A program made the translations under genes and the position numbers. From positions 1 through 24,208 of the forward strand of contig CAZXRI010000002.1 in the NCBI GenBank assembly GCA_964642765.1: a stretch of 24,208 nt of DNA, written 5' to 3'. Source of the DNA: an uncultured Methanosarcinales archaeon (GTDB lineage Archaea > Nanobdellota > Nanobdellia > Woesearchaeales > CAZXRI01). Below, one piece after another: positions 17,401 to 24,093 of this stretch; position 1 is the first letter of the stretch, and every line of letters begins with the position of its first letter. The notes below the pieces were generated by a model. It was given only the letters and a program-made list of their open reading frames with translations. It searched no databases and was not told where the DNA came from.

Positions 17401-18142
17401 ACCAATTATATCTGCTGTGAAAAAAGAGCCTGAAAGATTCTCAATGTTCCTTAATAGTGCAGAGCATAGGATTTTGTTTGACAGGGATAAGAATGATTAT
17501 TTTATCGAGGGAACTGAAACTTCTGCGAGATTAGGAAATAGTCCTGCTGTTGTGTTTATTGTGCCAAGGGTTGAGATTGCAGATAAAAAGCCTGAAATAC
17601 CTCCATCCAGAGTCAATTATGTTTATTTCGACGATAAAAATGCAAACGAGCAGAAATATACTGATGCTGTTTATAGGATTTCGCTGGATAACAATCTTGA
17701 CCCTAAGATAACAAAAGCATTTATACAGAAGGAAACAGGAGGCAAATGGAATGCTGATGCTTTAAGCTATTGTGGAGCTGTTGGCTTGATGCAGATAATG
17801 CCATGCACAGGAGCAGGCAGAGAATGCTTTGATAATACAGGAATTGATACAGGAAACTATCTCAGAACATATTGTTTTGGGAATAAGGATGCTTATAATT
17901 GTGAGGTTAACAAAAAAAGAGTAGATTCAGGAAATGATCCAATAGCAAATAAGCTGAAAGACCCTGAGTTTAATATTCTATGCGGTGTGCAATATATTAA
18001 TTTCCTTAAGAAGAATAGTGGCGGAGAGATTTATGACATTGCTTTATTGTATAACAACAATAATAAAGAATATGCAAATGATGTGAAAGCTAATTATGAC
18101 ACTCTCCAGAAAAAGGAAGCTGACAACATACCTGATAATTGA
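11480..18142 (+). CDS. 2220-aa giant exported protein: Ig-like/FN3 domains, Cys-rich core, TPR-like segment, putative PG-binding segment, C-terminal SLT/GH23 lytic transglycosylase
   Basis: Signal peptide; FN3 (IEWNKN...YIIYR...EYVYRVAALDASGNVG); VQRGLGISPVDGIVGQRT; IQKETGG (Glu2085), GAVGLMQIMP, DPEFNILCGVQY, ALLYN. Confidence 0.85.
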   Translation: MSKQNKAKMIPATKIIHVILIVILIANIVHAIDDIRIDIEIPQTHNSEKLDVSGTTEKSASVVVLVNGMKQQEISPENNPDGKFTLNLILAKDSTNKIKITASKEDKSAEKEFDVTVDTNSPTLVIEPIKDILIEKNLVVKGKVSKEVTVDIFLGRGKLDNVKPAKVSGLKVADSENNLMDFVHIEWNKNSEDDIDKYIIYREDVGILDTNPSGTVFVRDLKVNSDTEYVYRVAALDASGNVGDKSEPLKIKTLAGDRKNIPKPIGQKVSQEIDRAVKSVKTTNTFEEEIPLSSDGDYHITIIATDNAGNRAIYKKNFLLDTKGPKIESITPRSGSFIYEYAANSVKIEGVTSPNVEVKLFLDKNAVEKLLSTTLTEQQALLYDKDVYQKLKESYSTKSDDKGRFVFNKVNLLNYVSANFAPTEVDPKDFNRNNDDTQGISRQNSVEIVILAADKFGRFDQKRLHYRLGTCWSGNLTWDVRVLSEFQSPTFLSTERLAEGTETIYFYLNFSYLGESSDAGARIQSLQLANACDDFAKDNPRYNISCSIMKNNCVTKSSSNKRTWYVACPLAGVDGMDRWLKDDWKSFAKAVHNEMSFPFRIRIGYTERKQSQDANDNTIDSRQVQTTCDEVSYVVDSSKIDPRSVLPDFLLRDSIKWLNSSIKAIDKAQGYVRTVLNFVGIGCVGSILFKFGTTVWRETTCNLEGVRDRADATIPKNLKCPLTKEDRNKLTNQELLERCPSCSAQWDFESKLYGVYRGLCDRVFCHTAPAKWTESKPDDELVKKQFEIKTQCGEKDESLQGQPLLERSCSAWLDEDLDREKISAQGAGDTCYQAQIIREDDAAKSKYGMVFIKSSEQAFRESGVYKFTAVSKVSENQKSAKSSVEKYYTDDLFVKEFKGRFMTARTDMCADVCNKRGYTNSTCGDSNDAVQLENPTVVSNRQEAYTKLFGNGFNSAAKYKTLRVGYTADCLFGNYEKEKSVMSKPPTKDYTDGLLNKQANDLPHEDECICVNEDSVELGKYYTAKDVSSYETDPTKSKQLFPDTQDSEYPPFDYRYYKIKFKAKSQGTTEPITSTANTDNIHDRYNPARYLEGRDQYACFGQDDWVSKALGRGDNTLTLDPFRSHTAAFQCGCISGINNRLNTVKNLMSAMQNCLITVKETGTADAGVCKELFTQHVCGLAWQAISSFTNQCNPESSEANSTYSEPGIKTIFSQGLKSVYTASEETQKEIQEEYGNAQLTNLLGFGEEGISRKICLAAFGYDWNLDMDNIIGASYTTPYSTLVLPATKSREFLTYDPKTYSAVYEYRSSWLINPGCDIRDYDVYLSCVSQNEMGKYDGIDCTKQDDETGNCACLSANLEKEQTLKFYDGKRLAQGSLENRDRHEVITSQYKYDHLKFVLRPDARIRGAANVRQGQAVSNLAAKCLPEGHENGVFYYPIKDKSARDLKICYVDSNTGTFSCPQADLFFGQRVTAYFDDDGMMLNEIPLGQYGRARTSAIEIPVGSDIKLTSSVWKAQGKDVCLHIYSPENKQIDFMTGINYVGKSEYPEAYISQATITNNRMEFVDQIDYEIINDMIGAGAISPNADISTTITFRDSNNDGVIDLDYGSEDKVHFTDSKFISGIDEEKDGISIAKYKESQKHVDLTNKLDLGGEPGIIIYKQDLKKNEMFILITSVTLPGAQTGNPQKYVEKTFRYLPENRANQEERFTLNLDLVHLKSDAEFFTGPEDCSKEDIVDYQDSDKGSRRTYSIVVKREAAKPIITRENKLAKAKEFAAVLGIEQKKIDSAKNMDELLSLAPSADAETAERLIVFYNDILTLDESLANVHFLKALAEEKAAEKDPSKKDDAILSYEKAMRIDSKYFIQSVSSGQRIPNDDLKLRATLKIIGFVKQKDVPSDAFIKSVQRGLGISPVDGIVGQRTSGEINRILNELKRMNVLGNPNNVNLELGKDYYVIPSYGNDISLKEHFAELQENIPIISAVKKEPERFSMFLNSAEHRILFDRDKNDYFIEGTETSARLGNSPAVVFIVPRVEIADKKPEIPPSRVNYVYFDDKNANEQKYTDAVYRISLDNNLDPKITKAFIQKETGGKWNADALSYCGAVGLMQIMPCTGAGRECFDNTGIDTGNYLRTYCFGNKDAYNCEVNKKRVDSGNDPIANKLKDPEFNILCGVQYINFLKKNSGGEIYDIALLYNNNNKEYANDVKANYDTLQKKEADNIPDN

Positions 18143-18153
18143 GACTAAATTGT

Positions 18154-18170
18154 TCAGATAATTATTTAAA
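18154..18170 (+). promoter_or_regulatory. Promoter repeat copy 1 (TCAGATAATTATTTAAA)
   Basis: Identical to 18838-18854; TTTAAA starts 39 nt before the DUF433 ATG. Confidence 0.65.
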
Positions 18171-18203
18171 CTTCAAATTACAATGTCTTTTTAGTGAACC
18201 GAA

Positions 18204-18443
18204 ATGGAAGAAAAACTTTTAGGCAGGATAGTAGTTGATCCTAAAGTAATGGTAGGGAAACCTATTATTAAAGGGACAAGAATTCCAGTTGATATGATAT
18301 TAAGACAGTTAGCACAAGGTACAACAATTGATGAGATGCTGGAAGATTATCCTCAATTGACTAAAGAAGACATTAAGGCTGCTTTAGCATATTGTGCAGA
18401 TGTTATTGTGGGAGAATCAGTAATTCCTTTAATAGAGAAATAG
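18204..18443 (+). CDS. DUF433-family antitoxin
   Basis: RIVVDPKVMVGKPIIKGTRIPV...EMLEDYPQLTKEDIKAALAY is the characteristic DUF433 pattern. Confidence 0.92.
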   Translation: MEEKLLGRIVVDPKVMVGKPIIKGTRIPVDMILRQLAQGTTIDEMLEDYPQLTKEDIKAALAYCADVIVGESVIPLIEK

Positions 18444-18444
18444 A

Positions 18445-18807
18445 ATGTTAAAATTTCTGGTTGATGAAAGCACAGGAAACAAGGTAAGCAGGGCATTGAG
18501 AGAAAGTGGTTATGACACAAGCTATTGCGGTGAATTCTTGTTAGGGTATCCAGATGAAGAGATTATTAAAAAGGCATTAGGCGGTAAAAGAGTAATTATA
18601 ACAAATGACAAAGATTTTGGAGAGATAATATTTAGACAGGAAAAATTAAGTTGGGGTGTAATATTTCTTCGTTTAAAAGTTGACACACCTGCCAATAGAA
18701 TAAAATATGCCTTGGCAACAATAAAACAACTTGATATACAGTTAGAAAAGAATTTTGTAATAGTTTCTGAGAATAAGATAAGAATCCGTAGGATAAAATC
18801 ATTATAA
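18445..18807 (+). CDS. DUF5615 PIN-like toxin
   Basis: KFLVDES, PDEEII, IITNDKDFGE, GVIFLR; adjacent to DUF433. Confidence 0.88.
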   Translation: MLKFLVDESTGNKVSRALRESGYDTSYCGEFLLGYPDEEIIKKALGGKRVIITNDKDFGEIIFRQEKLSWGVIFLRLKVDTPANRIKYALATIKQLDIQLEKNFVIVSENKIRIRRIKSL

Positions 18808-18837
18808 TCTATTTCATTTACTGTAACGGAATAATGC

Positions 18838-18854
18838 TCAGATAATTATTTAAA
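18838..18854 (+). promoter_or_regulatory. Promoter repeat copy 2 (TCAGATAATTATTTAAA)
   Basis: Identical to 18154-18170; TTTAAA starts 38 nt before the hicB ATG 18887. Confidence 0.65.
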
Positions 18855-18886
18855 GTCTGGTTAGTTTATTATTAATAGTGATAAAA

Positions 18887-19165
18887 ATGGCAAAACAGAT
18901 GTTATTGAATGTAATAATCAAGGAAGAAGAAAAGGGATATTCTATTCTATGCCCTGAACTGAATGTTGCAAGCCAAGGGGAAACATTTGAAGAAAGCATT
19001 GCAAACATAAAAGAAGCTATTGAATTATATATTGAAAGCGCAGAGGAGTTAGGCATATTAGATGATGTTCTTGACCAATTAGGTATTTCAAAAGAAGATT
19101 TCAAAAAAGGGAAAATTGCTCCAAGAGTTGTAACTGCAAATGTTCCTATAGAGATAGAAATATAA
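18887..19165 (+). CDS. hicB: HicB-family antitoxin
   Basis: YSILCPELNVASQGETFEESIANIKEAIELY; ATG 18887 preferred over GTG 18878. Confidence 0.88.
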   Translation: MAKQMLLNVIIKEEEKGYSILCPELNVASQGETFEESIANIKEAIELYIESAEELGILDDVLDQLGISKEDFKKGKIAPRVVTANVPIEIEI

Positions 19166-19167
19166 AG

Positions 19168-19260
19168 ATGAAATTGCCATTAGTTTCCAGCGACGAGATA
19201 GTAAAATTACTTCAGAAGGAAGGTTTCTTATTCACAAGGCAAAAGGGTTCTCATGAATAA
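19168..19260 (+). pseudogene. hicA: Truncated HicA toxin (30 aa)
   Basis: MKLPLVSSDEIVKLLQKEGFLFTRQKGSHE-stop: the HicA N-terminus ends one residue after the GSH motif. Confidence 0.8.
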
Positions 19261-20086
19261 AATGCAACAAAACATCCTGCTCAAATCCCTGAAATCCTCT
19301 TTCTCTGCGATAAAGTCTCATATCCTTCTTTCATTCATCCTGCTTATCCTCGAGATTGGCTTTGTTGTTTCACTCGGTATTGTGATTGTTCCAAGCTCTG
19401 TCAACATTATGGTTAATGCACAGGATATCCTGAATTATGCAGAGAGCCTGAATCTCGACGAGAGTTCGCTTGGGAGTAATCTTAAGGAGATGCCAAATGC
19501 ACTTGGTGATGATCCTTTGTTTATTTACAGGAAATTTAAGGAGATGATAAGCCAGATAATATTCACGCTTATTGTCTCGTCGGCAATTATCCTTGTTTTC
19601 AGCACAATCAACTGGAGCCTTACACACCAGCTGTTTGAGAAGTTTGATGCAAAGGAATTTTTCAGGAAGCTTTGGAAATCATTTCTTGCAAATCTTCTTT
19701 TCATCGGAATTTCAATCTTGTTTATTATCGTTTTTTTCCAGCAGTTTTATCTTGATTTAGTCGAGAAAGCTGGGTTTTTCATTGGTCTTGCAATATTTGT
19801 TCTTGCCTTGATTTTTTATTTCATGATTGTCTGCCTCGGGCTTGTGCATCTGAAACTGTCTGGAATGATAAAGGGCTTGTTTTCAGTAGGGACTAAGAAG
19901 GCTTATTATCTTGTTCCTGCTTTTATCCTGAACATTCTGGTAATGTCAGGCTTCTGGCTTTTATCGTATGTTCTTCAGGAGAAGAATTACTTTCTGCTGA
20001 TGGGAATGATTATCCTGAGTTTTGTCTGGATTGTTCTCTCGAGAGTGTTTTGGATAGGGATGTGCAGGGAACTGCCACAAAATTAA
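19253..20086 (+). CDS. Multi-pass membrane protein, unknown function
   Basis: 277 aa with roughly six hydrophobic stretches. Confidence 0.75.
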   Translation: MNKMQQNILLKSLKSSFSAIKSHILLSFILLILEIGFVVSLGIVIVPSSVNIMVNAQDILNYAESLNLDESSLGSNLKEMPNALGDDPLFIYRKFKEMISQIIFTLIVSSAIILVFSTINWSLTHQLFEKFDAKEFFRKLWKSFLANLLFIGISILFIIVFFQQFYLDLVEKAGFFIGLAIFVLALIFYFMIVCLGLVHLKLSGMIKGLFSVGTKKAYYLVPAFILNILVMSGFWLLSYVLQEKNYFLLMGMIILSFVWIVLSRVFWIGMCRELPQN

Positions 20087-20113
20087 GTTTATAGCAAAAG
20101 AATTTTATTGCCT

Positions 20114-20716
20114 TTATTCTGAACCAGATTCAGCAGAACTTTCAGCAACTTCACCAGAACTCTCTGAATTACCAGATTCTTCCTGAGAAGATTCTCCTGA
20201 TGAGCCATTATTGTTTTCCGAGGAAACTTTAGCATCCAATGTTTCTGGTTCAGACGAAGATTCTGCATTAGATTCTTTCCCTTTGTTATCATCATGTTTC
20301 TCAACGTTATATTTAGTAAGCAATTCAACAGCATATGTCAATTCTACAACCTGCTCGTCTGTAAGATTAAGCTCTGCTGCTTTTATTGAGATTCCCCTTG
20401 TCAAATATTTTGCATCCTTACTGTATAAAGAACTTGTCGAGATTCTCGGTTCAAATAAATGCCCGAGCAGAACTCCTGCCAATCCGCCCCATAGTATTGT
20501 CGGAAAGCCACCATACAAAGCACCTATTATGGCACCTGCAGCTCCTCCCCAGAATGATTTATCGCCGAATTTATAGTCTATACCTGAAATGCTCATGCCT
20601 TTTATTGGAGAGATTGGAGAATTATTTACAGAGTATTCTAAAGAAGCCAGAGGCATAGCTGGATTATAAGTTTTGTTTATCGTCGGATTTGGAATGTATT
20701 CCTGAATGAGTGCCAT
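20114..20716 (-). CDS. Hypothetical protein with Gly-rich hydrophobic hairpin and acidic Ser/Glu-rich tail
   Basis: WGGAAGAIIGALYGG...WGGLAGVLLG; C-terminal SSGESSQEESGNSESSGEVAESSAESGSE. Confidence 0.65.
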   Translation of the reverse strand: MALIQEYIPNPTINKTYNPAMPLASLEYSVNNSPISPIKGMSISGIDYKFGDKSFWGGAAGAIIGALYGGFPTILWGGLAGVLLGHLFEPRISTSSLYSKDAKYLTRGISIKAAELNLTDEQVVELTYAVELLTKYNVEKHDDNKGKESNAESSSEPETLDAKVSSENNNGSSGESSQEESGNSESSGEVAESSAESGSE

Positions 20717-20808
20717 TTTGCAGTGGAATATAATTGTGATATTTAAAGATTTACAATATCCAAAAATATACGTAAATAATTAATAGTAATTACATTTATG
20801 TCTTGGAA

Positions 20809-21513
20809 ATGATAACCGTAATCCTCCTCGAGCCACAGAATGCAGGTAATATAGGAGCAGTATGCAGGGCAATGAAAAACTTCGGCTTTTCAAAGCTGGT
20901 TTTAGTCAAGCCAAAATGCAAGCCATTATCCCTCGAAGCAAGGAAAAGGGCAAAGCATGCTGTTGAAATACTTCATAAGGCAAGGATAATCAAAAAGTCT
21001 GAATTGAGAAGTTTTGATTATCTTATCGGAACAACAGGAGCATTAGGCACTGATTATAATATTCCGAGAAGCCCGATAAGGCCTGAAGAACTCTCACAGA
21101 TTCTCACCGGAAAAAAGAGAAACATTGGAGAGAATATTGGGATACTTTTTGGCCCGGAAGGAACAGGACTGAGCAATAAGGAAATCCTCAAGTGCGATTT
21201 TATCGTTACAATTCCAACATCAAAAAAATACCCTGCAATGAACCTGAGCCATTCAGTTGCAATTGTGCTTTATGAGCTGTTCAAAAAATCAGGAAAGAAA
21301 AAAATTGATAGCCACATAAAGCCTGCAACAAGAAAAGAAAAGGAAGTTCTCATGGATTATATCGAGAAGATTCTCGGCAAGATGGAATTCCAGACACCTG
21401 AGAAAAAAGACACCCAGAGAAAAATCTGGAAAAGGATTATCGGAAAATCATTCATGACAAAAAGGGAAGCATTTGCATTGATTGGCTTTTTGAAGAAGAT
21501 TGGAAAGCTATGA
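20809..21513 (+). CDS. trmJ: TrmJ/LasT-family SPOUT RNA methyltransferase
   Basis: LEPQNAGNIGAVCRAMKNFG, LFGPEGTGLSNKE, YPAMNLSHSVAIVLYE. Confidence 0.92.
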   Translation: MITVILLEPQNAGNIGAVCRAMKNFGFSKLVLVKPKCKPLSLEARKRAKHAVEILHKARIIKKSELRSFDYLIGTTGALGTDYNIPRSPIRPEELSQILTGKKRNIGENIGILFGPEGTGLSNKEILKCDFIVTIPTSKKYPAMNLSHSVAIVLYELFKKSGKKKIDSHIKPATRKEKEVLMDYIEKILGKMEFQTPEKKDTQRKIWKRIIGKSFMTKREAFALIGFLKKIGKL

Positions 21514-21523
21514 ATCTTAGATA

Positions 21524-22198
21524 TTAATTCAAGCCAGAAGAAATAGCCATGCCAAAAATCAAGATAAAGAGAACTACAAGAATTATAATCAGAACCGTTA
21601 AAATAGCCGTCGGAATCACAAACGCAGCTACAAAGGCACGTCCCTTGGAAATCTTATGGACTAATGAAAGAGCATAACAATACAGATACCAGCAATAGAT
21701 TAAAACACCAACTGTAATAAGAGTCAGGATTCCAAAAACAGAGAAGTATAAAATAATAGACGATAATGCTCCTGTCTTTATGTCAGGGACAGCCAGTTTC
21801 ATGAAAAAGAATATTATTATGTATATAATTGAAAAAAGAAATGAAGTAATAAATGAATATATATTGGAATTAAACGTATCAACAAACCTGCCTTTTGCGC
21901 CGAAAAGCTTCAGGAATAAATGATGGATTCCGATTGTGATGAATATTCCTCCAAGAGAATAAACAACCATGAACAATGTCATGCCAATTACCCATGCCAA
22001 TACAGTTGACTGCTCACTGAATTTCTGAGAATAATCCAGATAAAGATACGGAATGTATATGATTGTCGTTATTGCCGAGAGAATCAGGTAAAGGATATAT
22101 GCCTCTGTCAGGCTTTTCCTGTTTACAAGAGTTGCAAGGTATTTCTTTGGCTCTGTTAATGATGATTTAACGCTTCCAATTATGTCCATATTTGGCAT
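21524..22198 (-). CDS. Yip1-like membrane protein
   Basis: About five TM segments; HLFLKLFGAKG.F..TF...Y and ALSLVHKISKGRAF patterns. Confidence 0.7.
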   Translation of the reverse strand: MPNMDIIGSVKSSLTEPKKYLATLVNRKSLTEAYILYLILSAITTIIYIPYLYLDYSQKFSEQSTVLAWVIGMTLFMVVYSLGGIFITIGIHHLFLKLFGAKGRFVDTFNSNIYSFITSFLFSIIYIIIFFFMKLAVPDIKTGALSSIILYFSVFGILTLITVGVLIYCWYLYCYALSLVHKISKGRAFVAAFVIPTAILTVLIIILVVLFILIFGMAISSGLN

Positions 22199-22211
22199 TT
22201 AATCTAAATCC

Positions 22212-23039
22212 CTATTTAAACCTATCCTGAGAAAACGCCCTTAATGTTTTCTGCCCCATCTCAGCAGAATATGAAAAAGGATTAATGCTCATGCCTTCTT
22301 TTGCTGCAATAACCTGTGATGATGTTTTCTTCTGAATATCCCTTGTTACAGAGATAATATCATGCTGAAGCAATTCCCTGCTGAAATGCTGGATAATTGT
22401 CAGCTTTGGACTTACCTCTGTTATTATCCTTACTGCATCATCAACAGAAAGGTTGTCTGATTTATCGTCGGAGAATCTAATCGGCACATTCAGGACAAGG
22501 ATGTTTGAATTCTTATATTCATCAGCAAGTGCCTTGAAATATTTAGTGTCTGAGCTGTATGAGAGTGTAAAATAAGGCGTGATAAACTTGAATCCGATTG
22601 CATTCCTGTCAGCATGTTTTGTTCTCAGCGCAATTATATCTATCTCTCCAAGGACATGCTTCTGCCCTGCACTTAATATTATCTGTTTATCGAGAAGGCT
22701 TTTATGGAAATCTGTAATGTAAGGCATATAATTGCTGTCTCCAGATACAAGAGTCTTGTTGGAAATCAATATTCCTCTCTTCTCCTTTCCGTCGGTAATT
22801 GCAGAAATCAGTGCATTTATATCATTGCAATGATTCAGGTGAGAATGAGACACAAGAATTGCAGTAAGCTGTTTTGGCTCGACATTATAATCATTCAGCC
22901 TTGTCAATGCTCCATGTCCGGGGTCAATATGGAAGATATTACCATTTAATGTGAGAAGGAATCCTGAAGACGTCCTGATTTCTCCTTTATTCGAGAATGT
23001 TCCTTTTCCAGTTCCGAGGAATGTTATTGATGCTTCGAT
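22212..23039 (-). CDS. Metallo-beta-lactamase-fold hydrolase; start apparently ATC at 23039
   Basis: In-frame extension of the track ORF: EASITFLGTGKG...FHIDPGHGAL...VSHSHLNHCND...YSSDT...QHF. Confidence 0.85.
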   Translation of the reverse strand: MEASITFLGTGKGTFSNKGEIRTSSGFLLTLNGNIFHIDPGHGALTRLNDYNVEPKQLTAILVSHSHLNHCNDINALISAITDGKEKRGILISNKTLVSGDSNYMPYITDFHKSLLDKQIILSAGQKHVLGEIDIIALRTKHADRNAIGFKFITPYFTLSYSSDTKYFKALADEYKNSNILVLNVPIRFSDDKSDNLSVDDAVRIITEVSPKLTIIQHFSRELLQHDIISVTRDIQKKTSSQVIAAKEGMSINPFSYSAEMGQKTLRAFSQDRFK

Positions 23040-23160
23040 TTTGACACCTTATTGCTGATATAATAATAGATGGGATAGATTGATAGATTTTATTAAATTA
23101 TTGGTTAGATGTATGTTATCCCGAAATATATTTAATGTTCAGTCATGTCCTGAGATTATC

Positions 23161-24093
23161 ATGCCAGAAACAGAAAAAGCAAATTTTAAGCCAAGATTCG
23201 TCGAGAGATTTTCAAAGCTGACTGACTGGGAGCTTTTCAGGAAATATTCAACAACTTACCAGAAGCGTTCAATCAGGGTTAATACATTGAAGATTCCCGT
23301 CGGTGAATTGAAGGAAAGGCTTAAGGAAAACTGGACATTAACGCAAATACCATGGTGCAAAGAAGGCTTCTGGATTGAGCATTCACATACTGACAGAAGG
23401 GATGTTGGAAATCTTATTGAGCATTCTCTCGGGTATATTTACATTCAGGAAAGTGCATCAATGATTCCTCCGATTGTTCTCGAGCCAAAAGAAAATGAGT
23501 TTATCCTTGATATGTGTGCATCTCCAGGCTCAAAATCTTCCCAGATTGCCCAATACATGCAAAATACCGGAATCCTCGTCTCAAATGATTATAAGGGAGA
23601 CAGGCTGGCTGCGCTCGGGATTAATATGCAGAGAATGGGGATTACCAATAATCTTATTACATTAATGCAGGGAACACAGTTTAATGGATTTCAATTTGAC
23701 AAAATTCTTGTTGATGCTCCCTGCTCAGGAACAGGAACTATCAGGAAATCATTCAAGACAATAGAGATATGGAATCCGACGATGATTTCAAGGCTTGCTA
23801 TCCAGCAAAAGCGGCTGATTGAGGCAGGATTTAATAATCTCAGGAAAGGCGGAATAATGGTTTATTCGACATGCTCCTGCGAGCCTGAGGAAAATGAAGG
23901 CGTGATTGATTTTATCCTCGGGAAATACGATAACGCAGAGCTTCTGGATGTTGAGCTGCCAATGAAAAGAAGCAATCCTGTTTTGGAGTTTGATGGAACA
24001 GCATATAATCCATCTATAAAGAAATGCGTCAGGATTTGGCCTCAGGATAATAACACAGATGGATTTTTCATCGCCAAGATTAGAAAAAAATAA
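23161..24093 (+). CDS. NOL1/NOP2/Sun (RsmB/RsmF-like) RNA m5C methyltransferase
   Basis: YIQESASM, LDMCASPGSKS, LVDAPCSGTG, VYSTCS, DGFFIAKIRK; ATG 23161 preferred over TTG 23080. Confidence 0.95.
   Translation: MPETEKANFKPRFVERFSKLTDWELFRKYSTTYQKRSIRVNTLKIPVGELKERLKENWTLTQIPWCKEGFWIEHSHTDRRDVGNLIEHSLGYIYIQESASMIPPIVLEPKENEFILDMCASPGSKSSQIAQYMQNTGILVSNDYKGDRLAALGINMQRMGITNNLITLMQGTQFNGFQFDKILVDAPCSGTGTIRKSFKTIEIWNPTMISRLAIQQKRLIEAGFNNLRKGGIMVYSTCSCEPEENEGVIDFILGKYDNAELLDVELPMKRSNPVLEFDGTAYNPSIKKCVRIWPQDNNTDGFFIAKIRKK

Noticed and set aside
4992-18142. DGR target or template repeats in the large genes
   Set aside because: No reverse transcriptase in the window, and I saw no ~100-nt near-duplicate differing at adenines; a self dot-plot would be needed to exclude it fully.
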